DNA of 64,000 nt from Oceanispirochaeta sp. (lineage in GTDB: Bacteria; Spirochaetota; Spirochaetia; DSM-2461): positions 2,304,001 through 2,368,000 of the forward strand of contig CAXXOA010000001.1 in assembly GCA_963666275.2 (NCBI GenBank). Reading direction: 5' to 3'. The translations under genes and the position numbers were made by a program. The notes under the pieces were generated by a model that worked only from the letters and a program-made list of their open reading frames with translations, was not told where the DNA came from and did no database searches. Shown piece after piece: positions 9,122 to 18,993 of this stretch (positions within the stretch are counted from its first letter, which is position 1; every line of letters begins with the position of its first letter).

Positions 9122-10543
9122 TTATTTCAGATATTCATCCACAGCATCAGCGGCTCTTCTACCATGGTTGATAGCCCTGACAACCAGAGACGCTCCGGTT
9201 TCGGCATCACCAGCGGCAAATACGCCGTCAATGGAAGTACCGTAGTTACCATCGGTCTTGATGTTGCCTCTGCCGTCCAGTTCCAGATTCAGATCTGTAA
9301 TGATTCTGTTGTGCTCCACATGGACAAATCCCATGGCCAGGAAGACAAGATCCACTTCCAGCTCAAAATCGCTTCCGTCGATGACTTTCATCTGGGGACG
9401 TCCGCCTGCAGGATCTGAGACCCATTCCACGCGGTTGAACTTTCCTTTCTGAACTTTTCCGTTTCCTTCAAAACCGAGAGTTCCGATGTTCCAGTCCCTC
9501 TCGCATCCTTCCTTGTGGGAAGAGGAGGTTCTGAGGATCTGGGGCCAGTCAGGCCAGCTGGGGTTATGGGGCTGTGTCCATTCCAGGGGCTTGGGCATAA
9601 TCTCATACTGATAGACTTTTTTGGCGCCCTGCCTGTTGGCTGTCCCCACGCAGTCCGAACCGGTATCACCACCGCCGATGACAAGGACAGTTTTTCCTTT
9701 GGCGTTGATCACTTCTTCATCAAAGAACTCACCGGATACATTCTTGTTGGACTGTCCCAGATACTCCAGAGCAAAGTAGACACCCTTCAGCTCTCTTCCG
9801 GGTACCGGAAGGTTTCTGGGAGTTCCCGCGCCCATGGTGATAAGCACGGCGTCAAACTTGTTCTGCAGATAGCGGATGGATAGGTCCTCTCCGATGGCCA
9901 CTCCGGTTTCGAAGTTGACACCTTCCGCCTTCATCTGCTCGATCCTTCTGTCCAGAACACCCTTGTCCAGCTTGAAATCGGGAATTCCGTAGCGCAGAAG
10001 TCCACCGATTTTTTCACTCTTTTCGAAAAGGGTTACCTGATGCCCCATCCTTCTCAGCTGCTGGCTGGCAGCCATTCCGGCAGGCCCGGATCCGACAACG
10101 GCAACGCTTTTTCCTGTTTCCTTTTTGGGAGGACGGGGAACAACCCATCCGGCGGAAAAAGCTTTCTCAATGATCCCCAGCTCCATCTGTTTGATGGTCA
10201 CAGGGGCATCATTGATACTCAGGGTACAGGAGGTTTCACAGGGAGCGGGACAGACCCGTCCTGTGACTTCCGGAAAGTTATTGGTAATTTCCAGTCTTTC
10301 GAAAGCTTCCTTGTACTGTCCTCTGTAAACCGCATCATTCCACTCGGGAATGAGGTTTGTCACAGGGCATCCCAGGTTGTGGCAGAAAGGAGTACCGCAG
10401 TCCATACAGCGGGCTCCCTGATCGGTCAGATTCTCCACGGGAGTGGGAATCATCACCTCTTTATAGTCTTTCAGTCTCTCCTCTATATCTCTATAGAGGA
10501 AATCCTGTCTATTGTACTCTACAAATCCGAGAACCTTACCCAT
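9122..10543 (-). CDS. gltD: Glutamate synthase small subunit
   Basis: RCMDCGTPFC, GRVCPAPCE, GSGPAG, GGGDTGSDC motifs; overlaps the gltB stop. Confidence 0.97.
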   Translation of the reverse strand: MGKVLGFVEYNRQDFLYRDIEERLKDYKEVMIPTPVENLTDQGARCMDCGTPFCHNLGCPVTNLIPEWNDAVYRGQYKEAFERLEITNNFPEVTGRVCPAPCETSCTLSINDAPVTIKQMELGIIEKAFSAGWVVPRPPKKETGKSVAVVGSGPAGMAASQQLRRMGHQVTLFEKSEKIGGLLRYGIPDFKLDKGVLDRRIEQMKAEGVNFETGVAIGEDLSIRYLQNKFDAVLITMGAGTPRNLPVPGRELKGVYFALEYLGQSNKNVSGEFFDEEVINAKGKTVLVIGGGDTGSDCVGTANRQGAKKVYQYEIMPKPLEWTQPHNPSWPDWPQILRTSSSHKEGCERDWNIGTLGFEGNGKVQKGKFNRVEWVSDPAGGRPQMKVIDGSDFELEVDLVFLAMGFVHVEHNRIITDLNLELDGRGNIKTDGNYGTSIDGVFAAGDAETGASLVVRAINHGRRAADAVDEYLK

Positions 10544-13500
10544 TATGCATATACCTCCTCGGTTATAGCGGTTTCATCCGATTCTTTTGTTTCCTGTTCT
10601 TTGATCTTGGCCAGAGCCTTTCTGTAGTCCAGAGGCATAACCTTCACAAAGTTGGGAAGAGACTCTTCCCAGGCGTCAATCAGCCGTTTTCCCTGGAGGC
10701 TGTCGGTATACTCGATGTGTTTTTCGATCATACTCTTCAGGAAGTCGATATCCTCCTGCTCCACAACTGGTTCCACATCCACCATTTCCAGGTTACATCT
10801 TGTATCAAACAGCTGGTTTTCGTCATACACATAGGCAACACCGCCGGACATACCCGCCGCAAAGTTCACACCGGTTTTTCCAAGGATGATAACCCGTCCA
10901 CCGGTCATGTATTCACAACCATGGTCTCCCACGCCTTCTACGACCGCAAGGGCACCGGAGTTTCTGACGGCGAAGCGTTCACCCGCACGTCCGTTGATAA
11001 AGACTTCACCGCCGGTTGCACCGAAGAGGTTCACGTTTCCGGTAATGATGTTTCTGTAACCAGAGAAAGTCGCTCCCGCATGGGGATAGAGGATGATCCG
11101 TCCTCCCGAGAGGCCTTTACCAAGGTAGTCGTTGCTCTCCCCTTCCAGTTCGAAGGTAATCCCTCTGGTAAGGAAAGCGCCGAAACTCTGACCGGCCGAG
11201 CCTTTCAGTTTTACATGGATCGTATCCTTGGGCAGGCCTTCCGCACCGTAGCGGCTTGTTACTTCGTAGCTGAGGGTGGCACCGACGGTTCTGTTGCAGT
11301 TTTTGATAGCCTGCTCGATAACCACGGGCTTTTTATTTTCAATAGCATCTTTCGCCTTTTCAATCAGCCCCTGATCGAGGGAGAGAGAAAAGTCATGATC
11401 CTGTTTATCGTTGCATCTCAGAGGTTCGTTGTCTCCTCTCTGGGGGGGCATCAGGATCTTGGAGAAATCCAGTCCCCTGGCTTTGTAGTGATCAACAGCG
11501 TCATTCACTTCCAGCATATCAACCCGGCCGACCATTTCATCGAAGGTTCTGAATCCCATTTCCGCCATGTACTCCCGGACTTCCTGGGCAATAAAGGTCA
11601 TGAAGTTCATAAGATGCTCGGGTTTGCCGTTAAACCGTTTTCTCAGTTCCGGATCCTGTGTGGCGATTCCCACGGGACAGGCATTGGTATGACACTTTCT
11701 CATCATAACGCATCCCAGAGATACCAGAGAAGCCGAACCGAAACCGAACTCTTCCGCACCCAGAAGGGCGGCGATGGCAACGTCCCGGCCTGTTTTCATC
11801 TGACCGTCACACTGAACTCTGATCCTGGACCGGAGCTTGTTCATAACCAGAACCTGCTGAGTTTCGGCAAGACCGATCTCCCAGGCTGATCCGGCATGCT
11901 TGATGGATGACAGAGGTGAAGCACCGGTACCGCCGTCCCCTCCGGAGATCAGGACCATATCGGCTTTCCCTTTGGCTACACCGGCGGCGACTGTTCCCAC
12001 ACCCACTTCGGATACGAGTTTTACCGAAACCCTGGCTTTGGGGTTGGCGTTTTTCAGGTCGAAGATCAGCTGGGAAAGGTCTTCGATCGAGTAGATATCA
12101 TGATGGGGAGGAGGAGAAATCAGCATAACTCCTGGAGTTGAATGCCGAACCCTGGCTACCACTTCATTGACCTTGTGACCGGGCAGCTGTCCGCCCTCAC
12201 CGGGTTTCGCTCCCTGGGCCATCTTGATCTGCAGCTCATCGCAGTTGCAGAGATAGGGACTGTCCACTCCGAAACGTCCGGAAGCGATCTGCTTGACCCG
12301 GCTCATGGGGTTGTCCCCGTTTTCCCGGATTTTATAGCGTTCCATGTCTTCTCCGCCCTCTCCGGAGTTGCTGTGACCTCCCAGACGGTTCATGGCGATG
12401 GCCATGGTTTCATGCACTTCCCGGCTCATGGAACCGAAGGACATGGCGGAAGAGACAAAGCGTTTGACAATCTCTGATGCGGGTTCAACCTCTCCCAGAG
12501 GAATGGCTCCGTTGGTCTTAAACTTGAAAAGACCTCTCAGAGTATTCAGATTGCTGCTGATATCATTGATACCGGCAGTGTATTTTTTAAACATCTCATA
12601 ATCATCGCCCCGGACCGCTTTCTGCAGGTTCACAACAGCCTCAGCGGAAAAGAGGTGCTTATCCGCATTCTTTCTGGCGGCGAACTCTCCTCCGGAAACC
12701 AGTCTGTTGCTGTAGACATCTTTTTCCTGCCAGGCTTTTCTGTGGCGGGAAAGAACATCGTGTTCAATCACTTCCACATCGATACCGCCGACTCTGGAAA
12801 CAGTGCCGTCAAAGTATTTTTCAATCATTTTCTCGGAAAGACCGATGGCTTCGTAGATCTGGGATCCCCTGTAGCTTCTGATTGTGGAAACGCCCATTTT
12901 GGACATTACCTTCAGCAGGCCTTTCTTGACCGCTGTAATATAGTGCTCAATGGCCTGGGGCAGAGTCAGATCGTCGGGCAGGTAGCCTCTCTCTTTCAGA
13001 TCCGAAAGGGCTTCGAATACAAGATAGGGGTTGATACCGCTGGCACCGTATCCGATCAGAGTGGCAAAGTGATGAACCGTCCTGACCTCACCGGATTCCA
13101 CGAGAAGACCGGCCAGATGCCGTTTTCCCTGGCGGACAAGGTAGTGATGGACAGCCGAAACAGCCAGAAGGGCCGGTATGGAGGCATGATCTTTGTCCAC
13201 GCCCCTGTCGGACAGGATAATCAGGGAATCTCCGAGATCAATTCTGTTCTCCACATCCCGGCAGAGTTTATCGATGGCGTTTTCAAGCTGATGCTCTTCT
13301 TCGGTCACCTGGAAAAGCATGGGAACTGTGGAGACTTTGAAGTCCTCCATGTCCATGGCAAGAAGGCTCTGGATGTCATCGTTAGTCAGAACCGGATGAG
13401 TCAGTTTCAACTGGTGACAGTGTTCGGGAGTCTCGTCCAGCAGGTTCCTCTCTCTTCCCACAAAGCTCATGAGAGACATAACAAGATGCTCCCTGTAGGG

Positions 13501-15069
13501 ATCGATGGGAGGGTTGGTTACCTGGGCGAAGAGCTGTTTGAAGTACTCATACACAAGCTGGGGTTTTTCGGAAAGGACAGCCAGAGGACTGTCGTTCCCC
13601 ATGGAACCGATGGGCTCCTGGCTGTTGGTAGCCATCTGACCGATGACCATTTTTATATCCTCGTAGGAGTATCCGAAGGATTTCATTCTTTCCAGAAGGG
13701 TTTCAGAATCATGGGTAATCTTTCTGGGAGTTCCATGAAGTCCTTTCAGTTCAATTTTCTGCTCACTCAGCCAGCGTCTGTAGGGTTTCTGACGGGAAAT
13801 GATACTCTTGATCTCATTATCCCGGATGACCCTATGCTGATTCAGGTCGACAAGGAACATTTTTCCCGGTTCGAGCCTTCCGTTTTCCAGTATATCTTCC
13901 GGTTCGATATCGATAACACCGGTTTCGGAAGCCAGAACAACTTTACCGCTTCTTGTGATTGTATACCGTCCGGGTCTCAGACCGTTTCTGTCCAGAGTCG
14001 CGCCGATTTTGTATCCGTCCGTAAAGACAAGAGCCGCCGGTCCGTCCCAGGGTTCCATGATCGCCGCATGGTATTCAAAAAAGGATCTTTTATCTTCGGA
14101 AATATGATATTTCACACCGAACGCTTCGGGAACCATCATCATCATGGAGTGTTCCATGGAACGTCCGCCCTTGGAAACCAGCTCGAAAACATTGTCGAAT
14201 GCGGCTGAGTCACTGCAGTTGGGCTGAACAATGGGATACATCTTTTTGATGTCATTTCCGAAACTGGGAGAACTCAGTGAGGTTTCCCGGGCTTTCATAT
14301 TGTTTGTGTTACGGCGGAGTGTATTGATTTCCCCGTTATGGGCGATATAACGGAAGGGCTGCGCCAGAGGCCATGAGGGGAAAGTGTTGGTACTGTATCT
14401 CTGATGTACCAGGGCCATGGCGGAAACAAAATCCTCTTCGCCCAGATCGGGATAAAAAGTTACAAACTGGGGTGCTACAAACATCCCTTTATAAACCATG
14501 GTTTTTGAGGAAAGCGAGGGAAGATAGTACTCATCCAGCTCCCAGCCTTTTTCCAGGGCGCCGTTTTCCAGGCACTTTCTGAGAACATAGAGCTTATTCT
14601 CCAGAGCATCCCCTTCGAGTCCGTCAAAGCTGACAAAGATCTGCTTGAAAGAAGGCATGACCCTTCTGGCAAGTTCACCCAGACAGTCGGGATTCACAGG
14701 AACATCACGCCATCCCAGAAAAGATCCGCCCTCTCTGGCAATGATCTGTTCCGTCATCTCTACAGCTTCGGCTAGTTTTTTTACTCCTGCGGGAAGAAAA
14801 ATCATACCTGCACCGTATGATCCTTCCGCAGGCAGAGAAAAGGGCAGAACCCGTTTAAAAAAATCGTGAGGCATCTGCAGGAGCATACCCGCACCGTCCC
14901 CTGTCTTCATGTCTCCACCGACAGCACCGCGGTGTTCAAGGTTACAAAGGATCTGTACTCCCTCTTCAACAATTTTGTGGGATCTTTCGCCATCTATACG
15001 AGCTACAAAACCGACACCGCAGGCATCGTGTTCGAAAGCCGGGTCATAGAGGCCCCTCTTCTTCATCAT
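10543..15069 (-). CDS. gltB: Glutamate synthase large subunit
   Basis: EHDACGVG Ntn-amidotransferase start, HNGEINT, GAKPGEGG, CHTNACPVG; start placed at ATG 15069 after RBS GGAGGAG (ORF track extends to 15108). Confidence 0.97.
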   Translation of the reverse strand: MMKKRGLYDPAFEHDACGVGFVARIDGERSHKIVEEGVQILCNLEHRGAVGGDMKTGDGAGMLLQMPHDFFKRVLPFSLPAEGSYGAGMIFLPAGVKKLAEAVEMTEQIIAREGGSFLGWRDVPVNPDCLGELARRVMPSFKQIFVSFDGLEGDALENKLYVLRKCLENGALEKGWELDEYYLPSLSSKTMVYKGMFVAPQFVTFYPDLGEEDFVSAMALVHQRYSTNTFPSWPLAQPFRYIAHNGEINTLRRNTNNMKARETSLSSPSFGNDIKKMYPIVQPNCSDSAAFDNVFELVSKGGRSMEHSMMMMVPEAFGVKYHISEDKRSFFEYHAAIMEPWDGPAALVFTDGYKIGATLDRNGLRPGRYTITRSGKVVLASETGVIDIEPEDILENGRLEPGKMFLVDLNQHRVIRDNEIKSIISRQKPYRRWLSEQKIELKGLHGTPRKITHDSETLLERMKSFGYSYEDIKMVIGQMATNSQEPIGSMGNDSPLAVLSEKPQLVYEYFKQLFAQVTNPPIDPYREHLVMSLMSFVGRERNLLDETPEHCHQLKLTHPVLTNDDIQSLLAMDMEDFKVSTVPMLFQVTEEEHQLENAIDKLCRDVENRIDLGDSLIILSDRGVDKDHASIPALLAVSAVHHYLVRQGKRHLAGLLVESGEVRTVHHFATLIGYGASGINPYLVFEALSDLKERGYLPDDLTLPQAIEHYITAVKKGLLKVMSKMGVSTIRSYRGSQIYEAIGLSEKMIEKYFDGTVSRVGGIDVEVIEHDVLSRHRKAWQEKDVYSNRLVSGGEFAARKNADKHLFSAEAVVNLQKAVRGDDYEMFKKYTAGINDISSNLNTLRGLFKFKTNGAIPLGEVEPASEIVKRFVSSAMSFGSMSREVHETMAIAMNRLGGHSNSGEGGEDMERYKIRENGDNPMSRVKQIASGRFGVDSPYLCNCDELQIKMAQGAKPGEGGQLPGHKVNEVVARVRHSTPGVMLISPPPHHDIYSIEDLSQLIFDLKNANPKARVSVKLVSEVGVGTVAAGVAKGKADMVLISGGDGGTGASPLSSIKHAGSAWEIGLAETQQVLVMNKLRSRIRVQCDGQMKTGRDVAIAALLGAEEFGFGSASLVSLGCVMMRKCHTNACPVGIATQDPELRKRFNGKPEHLMNFMTFIAQEVREYMAEMGFRTFDEMVGRVDMLEVNDAVDHYKARGLDFSKILMPPQRGDNEPLRCNDKQDHDFSLSLDQGLIEKAKDAIENKKPVVIEQAIKNCNRTVGATLSYEVTSRYGAEGLPKDTIHVKLKGSAGQSFGAFLTRGITFELEGESNDYLGKGLSGGRIILYPHAGATFSGYRNIITGNVNLFGATGGEVFINGRAGERFAVRNSGALAVVEGVGDHGCEYMTGGRVIILGKTGVNFAAGMSGGVAYVYDENQLFDTRCNLEMVDVEPVVEQEDIDFLKSMIEKHIEYTDSLQGKRLIDAWEESLPNFVKVMPLDYRKALAKIKEQETKESDETAITEEVYA

Positions 15070-15254
15070 ATAATCAACTCCTCCGCTTTTACGGCAATAT
15101 GTTGCCATAAAAAATATACCCTTAAGTAATTTAAGTCAAGACAGGAAAATAGGATTCAAATCAGAATTCATCCTGAAAATGAAAGGAGATTTCCCGCGGG
15201 AAAGTGACGAGGAGGAAAAATTGACAAAATAGTATTAATTAGAGACAGAAAATG

Positions 15255-15767
15255 TCAGTTTTTTTTCACAAAATCGAATCCGAAATCCACAAGAAAAGCT
15301 TCCTTGTACAGAGACAACCGGACTTTTGCCCTTTTTTTCCGTTTATCCAGCTTCACAATCAGCCCTTCCTGACCCTTCAGAGGGCCTTTTACGACTGTAA
15401 TGGTATTATTTTCATGAAGGTCAATTTCGGAAATACCGGCAATCTCCCCTGTTTTCATAAACCGGTTCAACTGCTGTTCCTCCTCCCGGCAGAGAGGAGT
15501 AATCCTGCCGTCGATTTTCAGAAAAGAGAAAACTCCCGGGGTTGACCGGACGACAACGATCTGATCGGGATCCACCTCTTCTGCCGAGAAGAATAGATAC
15601 CCCGGAAACAGGGGTTCCTCCTTCTCCCTGAGCTTTCCCTGCTTCCGGATCATTAGCTTCCGGCGGGGAAAAGAGAGAGAGTTTTCCGGGAACATCCCCG
15701 ATTTCACAAGAAACCGGCGGCACTCGGTCTCACGGCCGGTTGTGACCTGAATTACAAACATGGACAT
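15255..15767 (-). CDS. loaP: NusG paralogue, LoaP-type antiterminator
   Basis: NGN domain (QVTTGRE, PLFPGYLF) and KOW domain GPLKGQEGLIVKLDKRKKRAKV. Confidence 0.8.
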   Translation of the reverse strand: MSMFVIQVTTGRETECRRFLVKSGMFPENSLSFPRRKLMIRKQGKLREKEEPLFPGYLFFSAEEVDPDQIVVVRSTPGVFSFLKIDGRITPLCREEEQQLNRFMKTGEIAGISEIDLHENNTITVVKGPLKGQEGLIVKLDKRKKRAKVRLSLYKEAFLVDFGFDFVKKN

Positions 15768-16681
15768 CAGGCGCTCTCCTTTCCTACTGCCGGGATTTCC
15801 GCCTTTCCGGAATAGAAAAGCATAATGGCCAGTGCCGTCAGAAACATGCCGCCGAATGTAAGCAGGCTGGGTTTGTCATTGCCAATGAAGACCCAGGTCA
15901 ACAGTGGGCCTGCTACAGGAATGAGAAACTTCCACACGGTTATATAGGAAACAGCCTCTTTACGGATTTTCAGAAGGTAGTACCAGATGGAAAACCCGCC
16001 GGAGGTAACACCCGCCAGCCAGAGAAGTGCGGGATAGAAATACCAGGGTGGCACAATCCGGGGAACGCCTTCCAAGACGAACCCCGTCAACAGCAGAAGA
16101 AGACCTCCTGTGGTCAACTGGGCCGAATTGAGAATAAAGGGATCCACCTCATCTGAACTCCGGGCCACAAGAACCACGGCAACGCCGTTAACCACCAGGG
16201 ATCCTGCCATCAGAAGGATGCCCCATGTTTCATCTCCCCCCTGAGGAAGGGAGCCCTTCCCGGCTGCGGTTACCAGAAAAACACTGAGAACTCCAAGCAC
16301 CAGGCTCATCAGCCGCCTGAAACTCAGCCTGTCTCCGGGCAAGAAAAAATGGGCGATCAGAGCGGTTACAAGAGGTCCCAGCCCGTTGATGATAGCCCCG
16401 GTGGAGGCTCTCATTATATTCAGAGAGGAGTAGAAAAATGCATAGAGCCCGAAAGTCTGAAAGACACCCACCATAAGGATAAAACGCCAGTGCCGCCGTA
16501 TCTGGTTCCAGTATCCGCTCCGGCGGGAAATGAGCCCCACCAGGATCCCCGCCAGAGAGAAACGGATCCCTGCGAATACAAAGGGGGTCATAAATTCAAG
16601 ACCTGTTTTAACCCCCAGAAAAGCAGTAGACCAGAGAAGGCAGGCAAAAACGGCCAGAAGCCGGGAATCAGCCGATTTCAT
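15767..16681 (-). CDS. DMT/EamA family transporter
   Basis: About 10 TM segments; LWSTAFLGVK and AGIRFSLAG; start at ATG 16681 after GGGAGG. Confidence 0.9.
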   Translation of the reverse strand: MKSADSRLLAVFACLLWSTAFLGVKTGLEFMTPFVFAGIRFSLAGILVGLISRRSGYWNQIRRHWRFILMVGVFQTFGLYAFFYSSLNIMRASTGAIINGLGPLVTALIAHFFLPGDRLSFRRLMSLVLGVLSVFLVTAAGKGSLPQGGDETWGILLMAGSLVVNGVAVVLVARSSDEVDPFILNSAQLTTGGLLLLLTGFVLEGVPRIVPPWYFYPALLWLAGVTSGGFSIWYYLLKIRKEAVSYITVWKFLIPVAGPLLTWVFIGNDKPSLLTFGGMFLTALAIMLFYSGKAEIPAVGKESA

Positions 16682-18458
16682 CGGTTTCCTCCCTGAGCCA
16701 GTCTTTCTCATCCTCTTTCAGACCGGGAGCAAGCCGCTCATAAACCTGTCTGTGATAGGCGTTGAGCCACCCCAGTTCTTCCGCATTCAAAAGAGAGGGA
16801 TCAATCAGATTTTTGTCGTAGGGACAGAGAGAGAGGGTCTCGAAACAGTAGAATGGCTCATCCGGATTCGGACAGTCATCCCATGGAACTGTCAGAATAA
16901 GATTTTCAATCCTGATTCCATGTTCCCCCTCCCGGTAGAGCCCCGGTTCATTGGATGTGATCATTCCCGGCAGAAGCGCTTCGTCCACAGGATGGGGACT
17001 GATCCTCTGGGGGCCTTCATGAACATTCAGAATATACCCGACTCCGTGACCGGTGCCGTGACCGTAATTCAGCCCCTCCTTCCACAGAGGCGCTCTGGCC
17101 AGTATATCCAGCTGATACCCCCGTGTCCCCCGGGGGAACTGAGCCATGGAAAGGGCTATATGTCCTTTAAGGACCAGTGTATAATCCCGGATTTCCCGCT
17201 CTGAAGGGGTACCAAGAGCAATGGTCCTTGTGATATCCGTTGTACCCTGCCTGTACTGGCCTCCCGAATCAATGAGAAAAAGTCCCCCTGCCTCCATGGT
17301 GAACTGTTTCGATTCTTCCGCTTCATAGTGACAGATAGCCCCGTGGGCCCTGTAGCCGGGGATGGGAGAGAAACTCTCATCAAGAAAGCCCTCCTGACGG
17401 CTCCTGAAATCCCGCAGTCTGGCTGCCGCTTCCAGTTCAGTCAGGGGTTTTTCATGAATTGTTTTTTTAAGCCATCGGAGAAATTGGACAAGCGCAGCCC
17501 CGTCCTTCTCCATGACCTTCCGGATCTGACTCTGCTCCACACTGTTTTTACAGGCCTTCATGGGAGTTGTAATATCCTGTTTCTGTAAAACCCGGACCCC
17601 TTCGGGAATCGCCCCGGCCAGGATAGAGTTCGTTCTGGCTCCGTTAAAAAGAAGAACCGCTCCATCGGGAAGTGAGGATACGGCATCCACAATGGCTTCA
17701 TAGGAGTGGGGAATCACACCGTCATCTTCAAGGGCCTTCAGAACTGGCTCGCTCAGCTTCTCCTCTGCCACAAACCAATCCAGAGAATCCTCAGTGAGAA
17801 GGCAGTAGCTCTGTACCACCGGGTTATAGGGGACATCCCCCCCCCTGACATTGAGAAGCCAGGCAATATCATCCATAGAGGAGAGAAGGTAATGGGTCCA
17901 GCCCGACTCTGCCATGACCTTCCGGACCCTCTGAAGTTTACCGCTTCTGGATTCACCCGATTCGGCATCCTCCAGAAGCCAGACCTTAGCCGAAGGCTGA
18001 TCCGGACGATCCGTCCAGAGTTCTTCCAGGAGGTCTTTTTTTGTTGCCACAGAGATCTGCAGAGGCAGAAAGCATCCCGCCAGAGTTTCCCACTCTTTCA
18101 CACTGAGAGTCCGGCCGTCCACACCGACCACACTGCCGGGAAGCAGCTGGTCACTTAACCACTGGCTGTACTCGGGAACATCGGGATTCCCCATTTTAAA
18201 AAGATCAATCCCCGTCCCTTCCAGTTCCTGGGCCGCCTGAATAAAATAGCGGGAATCAGTCCACAGACCGGCTTTGTCTCTGGTGATCACCACGGTTCCC
18301 GCGCTGCCCGTGAATCCCGACAGCCAGGCCCGGCCTCTCCAGTGTTCCGCCACGTATTCACTTCCGTGAGGATCCTGGCTGTAGATTATATAGGCATCCA
18401 GGGAGTTCTTTTGCATAAGCTCTCTGAGTTTCTTCAATCTCTGAAAAAAAATATTCAT
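16668..18458 (-). CDS. Aminopeptidase P family (M24B) peptidase
   Basis: GFTGSAG, DSGGQY..GTTDITRT, HGTGHGVG, VHEGP, EPGLY, GIRIEN. Confidence 0.95.
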   Translation of the reverse strand: MNIFFQRLKKLRELMQKNSLDAYIIYSQDPHGSEYVAEHWRGRAWLSGFTGSAGTVVITRDKAGLWTDSRYFIQAAQELEGTGIDLFKMGNPDVPEYSQWLSDQLLPGSVVGVDGRTLSVKEWETLAGCFLPLQISVATKKDLLEELWTDRPDQPSAKVWLLEDAESGESRSGKLQRVRKVMAESGWTHYLLSSMDDIAWLLNVRGGDVPYNPVVQSYCLLTEDSLDWFVAEEKLSEPVLKALEDDGVIPHSYEAIVDAVSSLPDGAVLLFNGARTNSILAGAIPEGVRVLQKQDITTPMKACKNSVEQSQIRKVMEKDGAALVQFLRWLKKTIHEKPLTELEAAARLRDFRSRQEGFLDESFSPIPGYRAHGAICHYEAEESKQFTMEAGGLFLIDSGGQYRQGTTDITRTIALGTPSEREIRDYTLVLKGHIALSMAQFPRGTRGYQLDILARAPLWKEGLNYGHGTGHGVGYILNVHEGPQRISPHPVDEALLPGMITSNEPGLYREGEHGIRIENLILTVPWDDCPNPDEPFYCFETLSLCPYDKNLIDPSLLNAEELGWLNAYHRQVYERLAPGLKEDEKDWLREETDEIG

Positions 18459-18511
18459 GGTTACTCCAACTTTTTCTTAACATTCCGGAGGCTCTGCCGA
18501 TTATTATAACG

Positions 18512-18603
18512 TGGTTTGCCGGGAAACACTATTCCCCTCCCAACGAATACTTTCCGGCAGATCCGTTTAGTCGGTTGCCCCGCCTCGGCGGGGCTATTTT
18601 TTT
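18512..18603 (+). ncRNA. Candidate small RNA (hairpin with C-rich loop plus intrinsic terminator)
   Basis: TTTGCCGGGAA/TATTC-CCCTCCCAAC-GAATA/TTTCCGGCAGA hairpin, then GCCCCGC-CTCG-GCGGGGC-TATTTTTTT; no + strand CDS ends here. Confidence 0.4.
18577..18603 (+). terminator. Rho-independent terminator, + strand
   Basis: GCCCCGC CTCG GCGGGGC followed by TATTTTTTT. Confidence 0.7.
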
Positions 18604-18661
18604 GCCCTATCGATTTTTATTTCTCAATCAAACAGGATTATTTATCATACTCTACCCATTC

Positions 18662-18769
18662 TGTACAATTTATCGCGCCTTCCCTGCTTCGGCTACGCTC
18701 AGACATCAAGAAGAAAGAATATTATCTTTTCCAGCATACCATGCGTACAGACGCGATTTATCGCGCCTC
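18662..18769. repeat. REP-like short palindromes (GTAC-AGACGCGAT-TT-ATCGCGCCT, a partial copy, and CTTCGGCTACGCTCAG)
   Basis: Full copy 18745-18769; truncated copy 18662-18680 sharing ATTTATCGCGCCT; different repeat at 18687-18702. Confidence 0.55.
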
Positions 18770-18812
18770 CTCATACATTAGATCCTTCCTGATACGCGCC
18801 ACCCCTCTCTGT

Positions 18813-18946
18813 CCAACCCTCACCCCCGGCCCCTCTCCCAGAGGGCGAGGGGAGAGAAAGCTAAATCATGTTTTCTTAGAAATTTTTGAAACCATGACAT
18901 ATTTCCCTTCTCCCTCTGGGAGAGGGGATCAAGGGGAGAGGGTTGG
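18813..18946. repeat. REPIN/MITE-like long inverted repeat built from CCCCTCTCCCAGAGGG units
   Basis: 18813-18854 is the near-exact reverse complement of 18903-18946; inner TCATGTTTTC/GAAACCATGA pair extends the hairpin. Confidence 0.75.
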
Positions 18947-18993
18947 TTCCAGAGATGCTGAAATGAAAATATTTCATCTTTTAATACCTAGTT

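Noticed and set aside
10357..14208. 510-aa and 517-aa + strand ORFs
   Set aside because: Antisense to gltB; typical stop-poor reverse frames.
18662..18946. Possible CRISPR array
   Set aside because: Repeats are few, inverted or heterogeneous, with no regular spacers and no cas genes.
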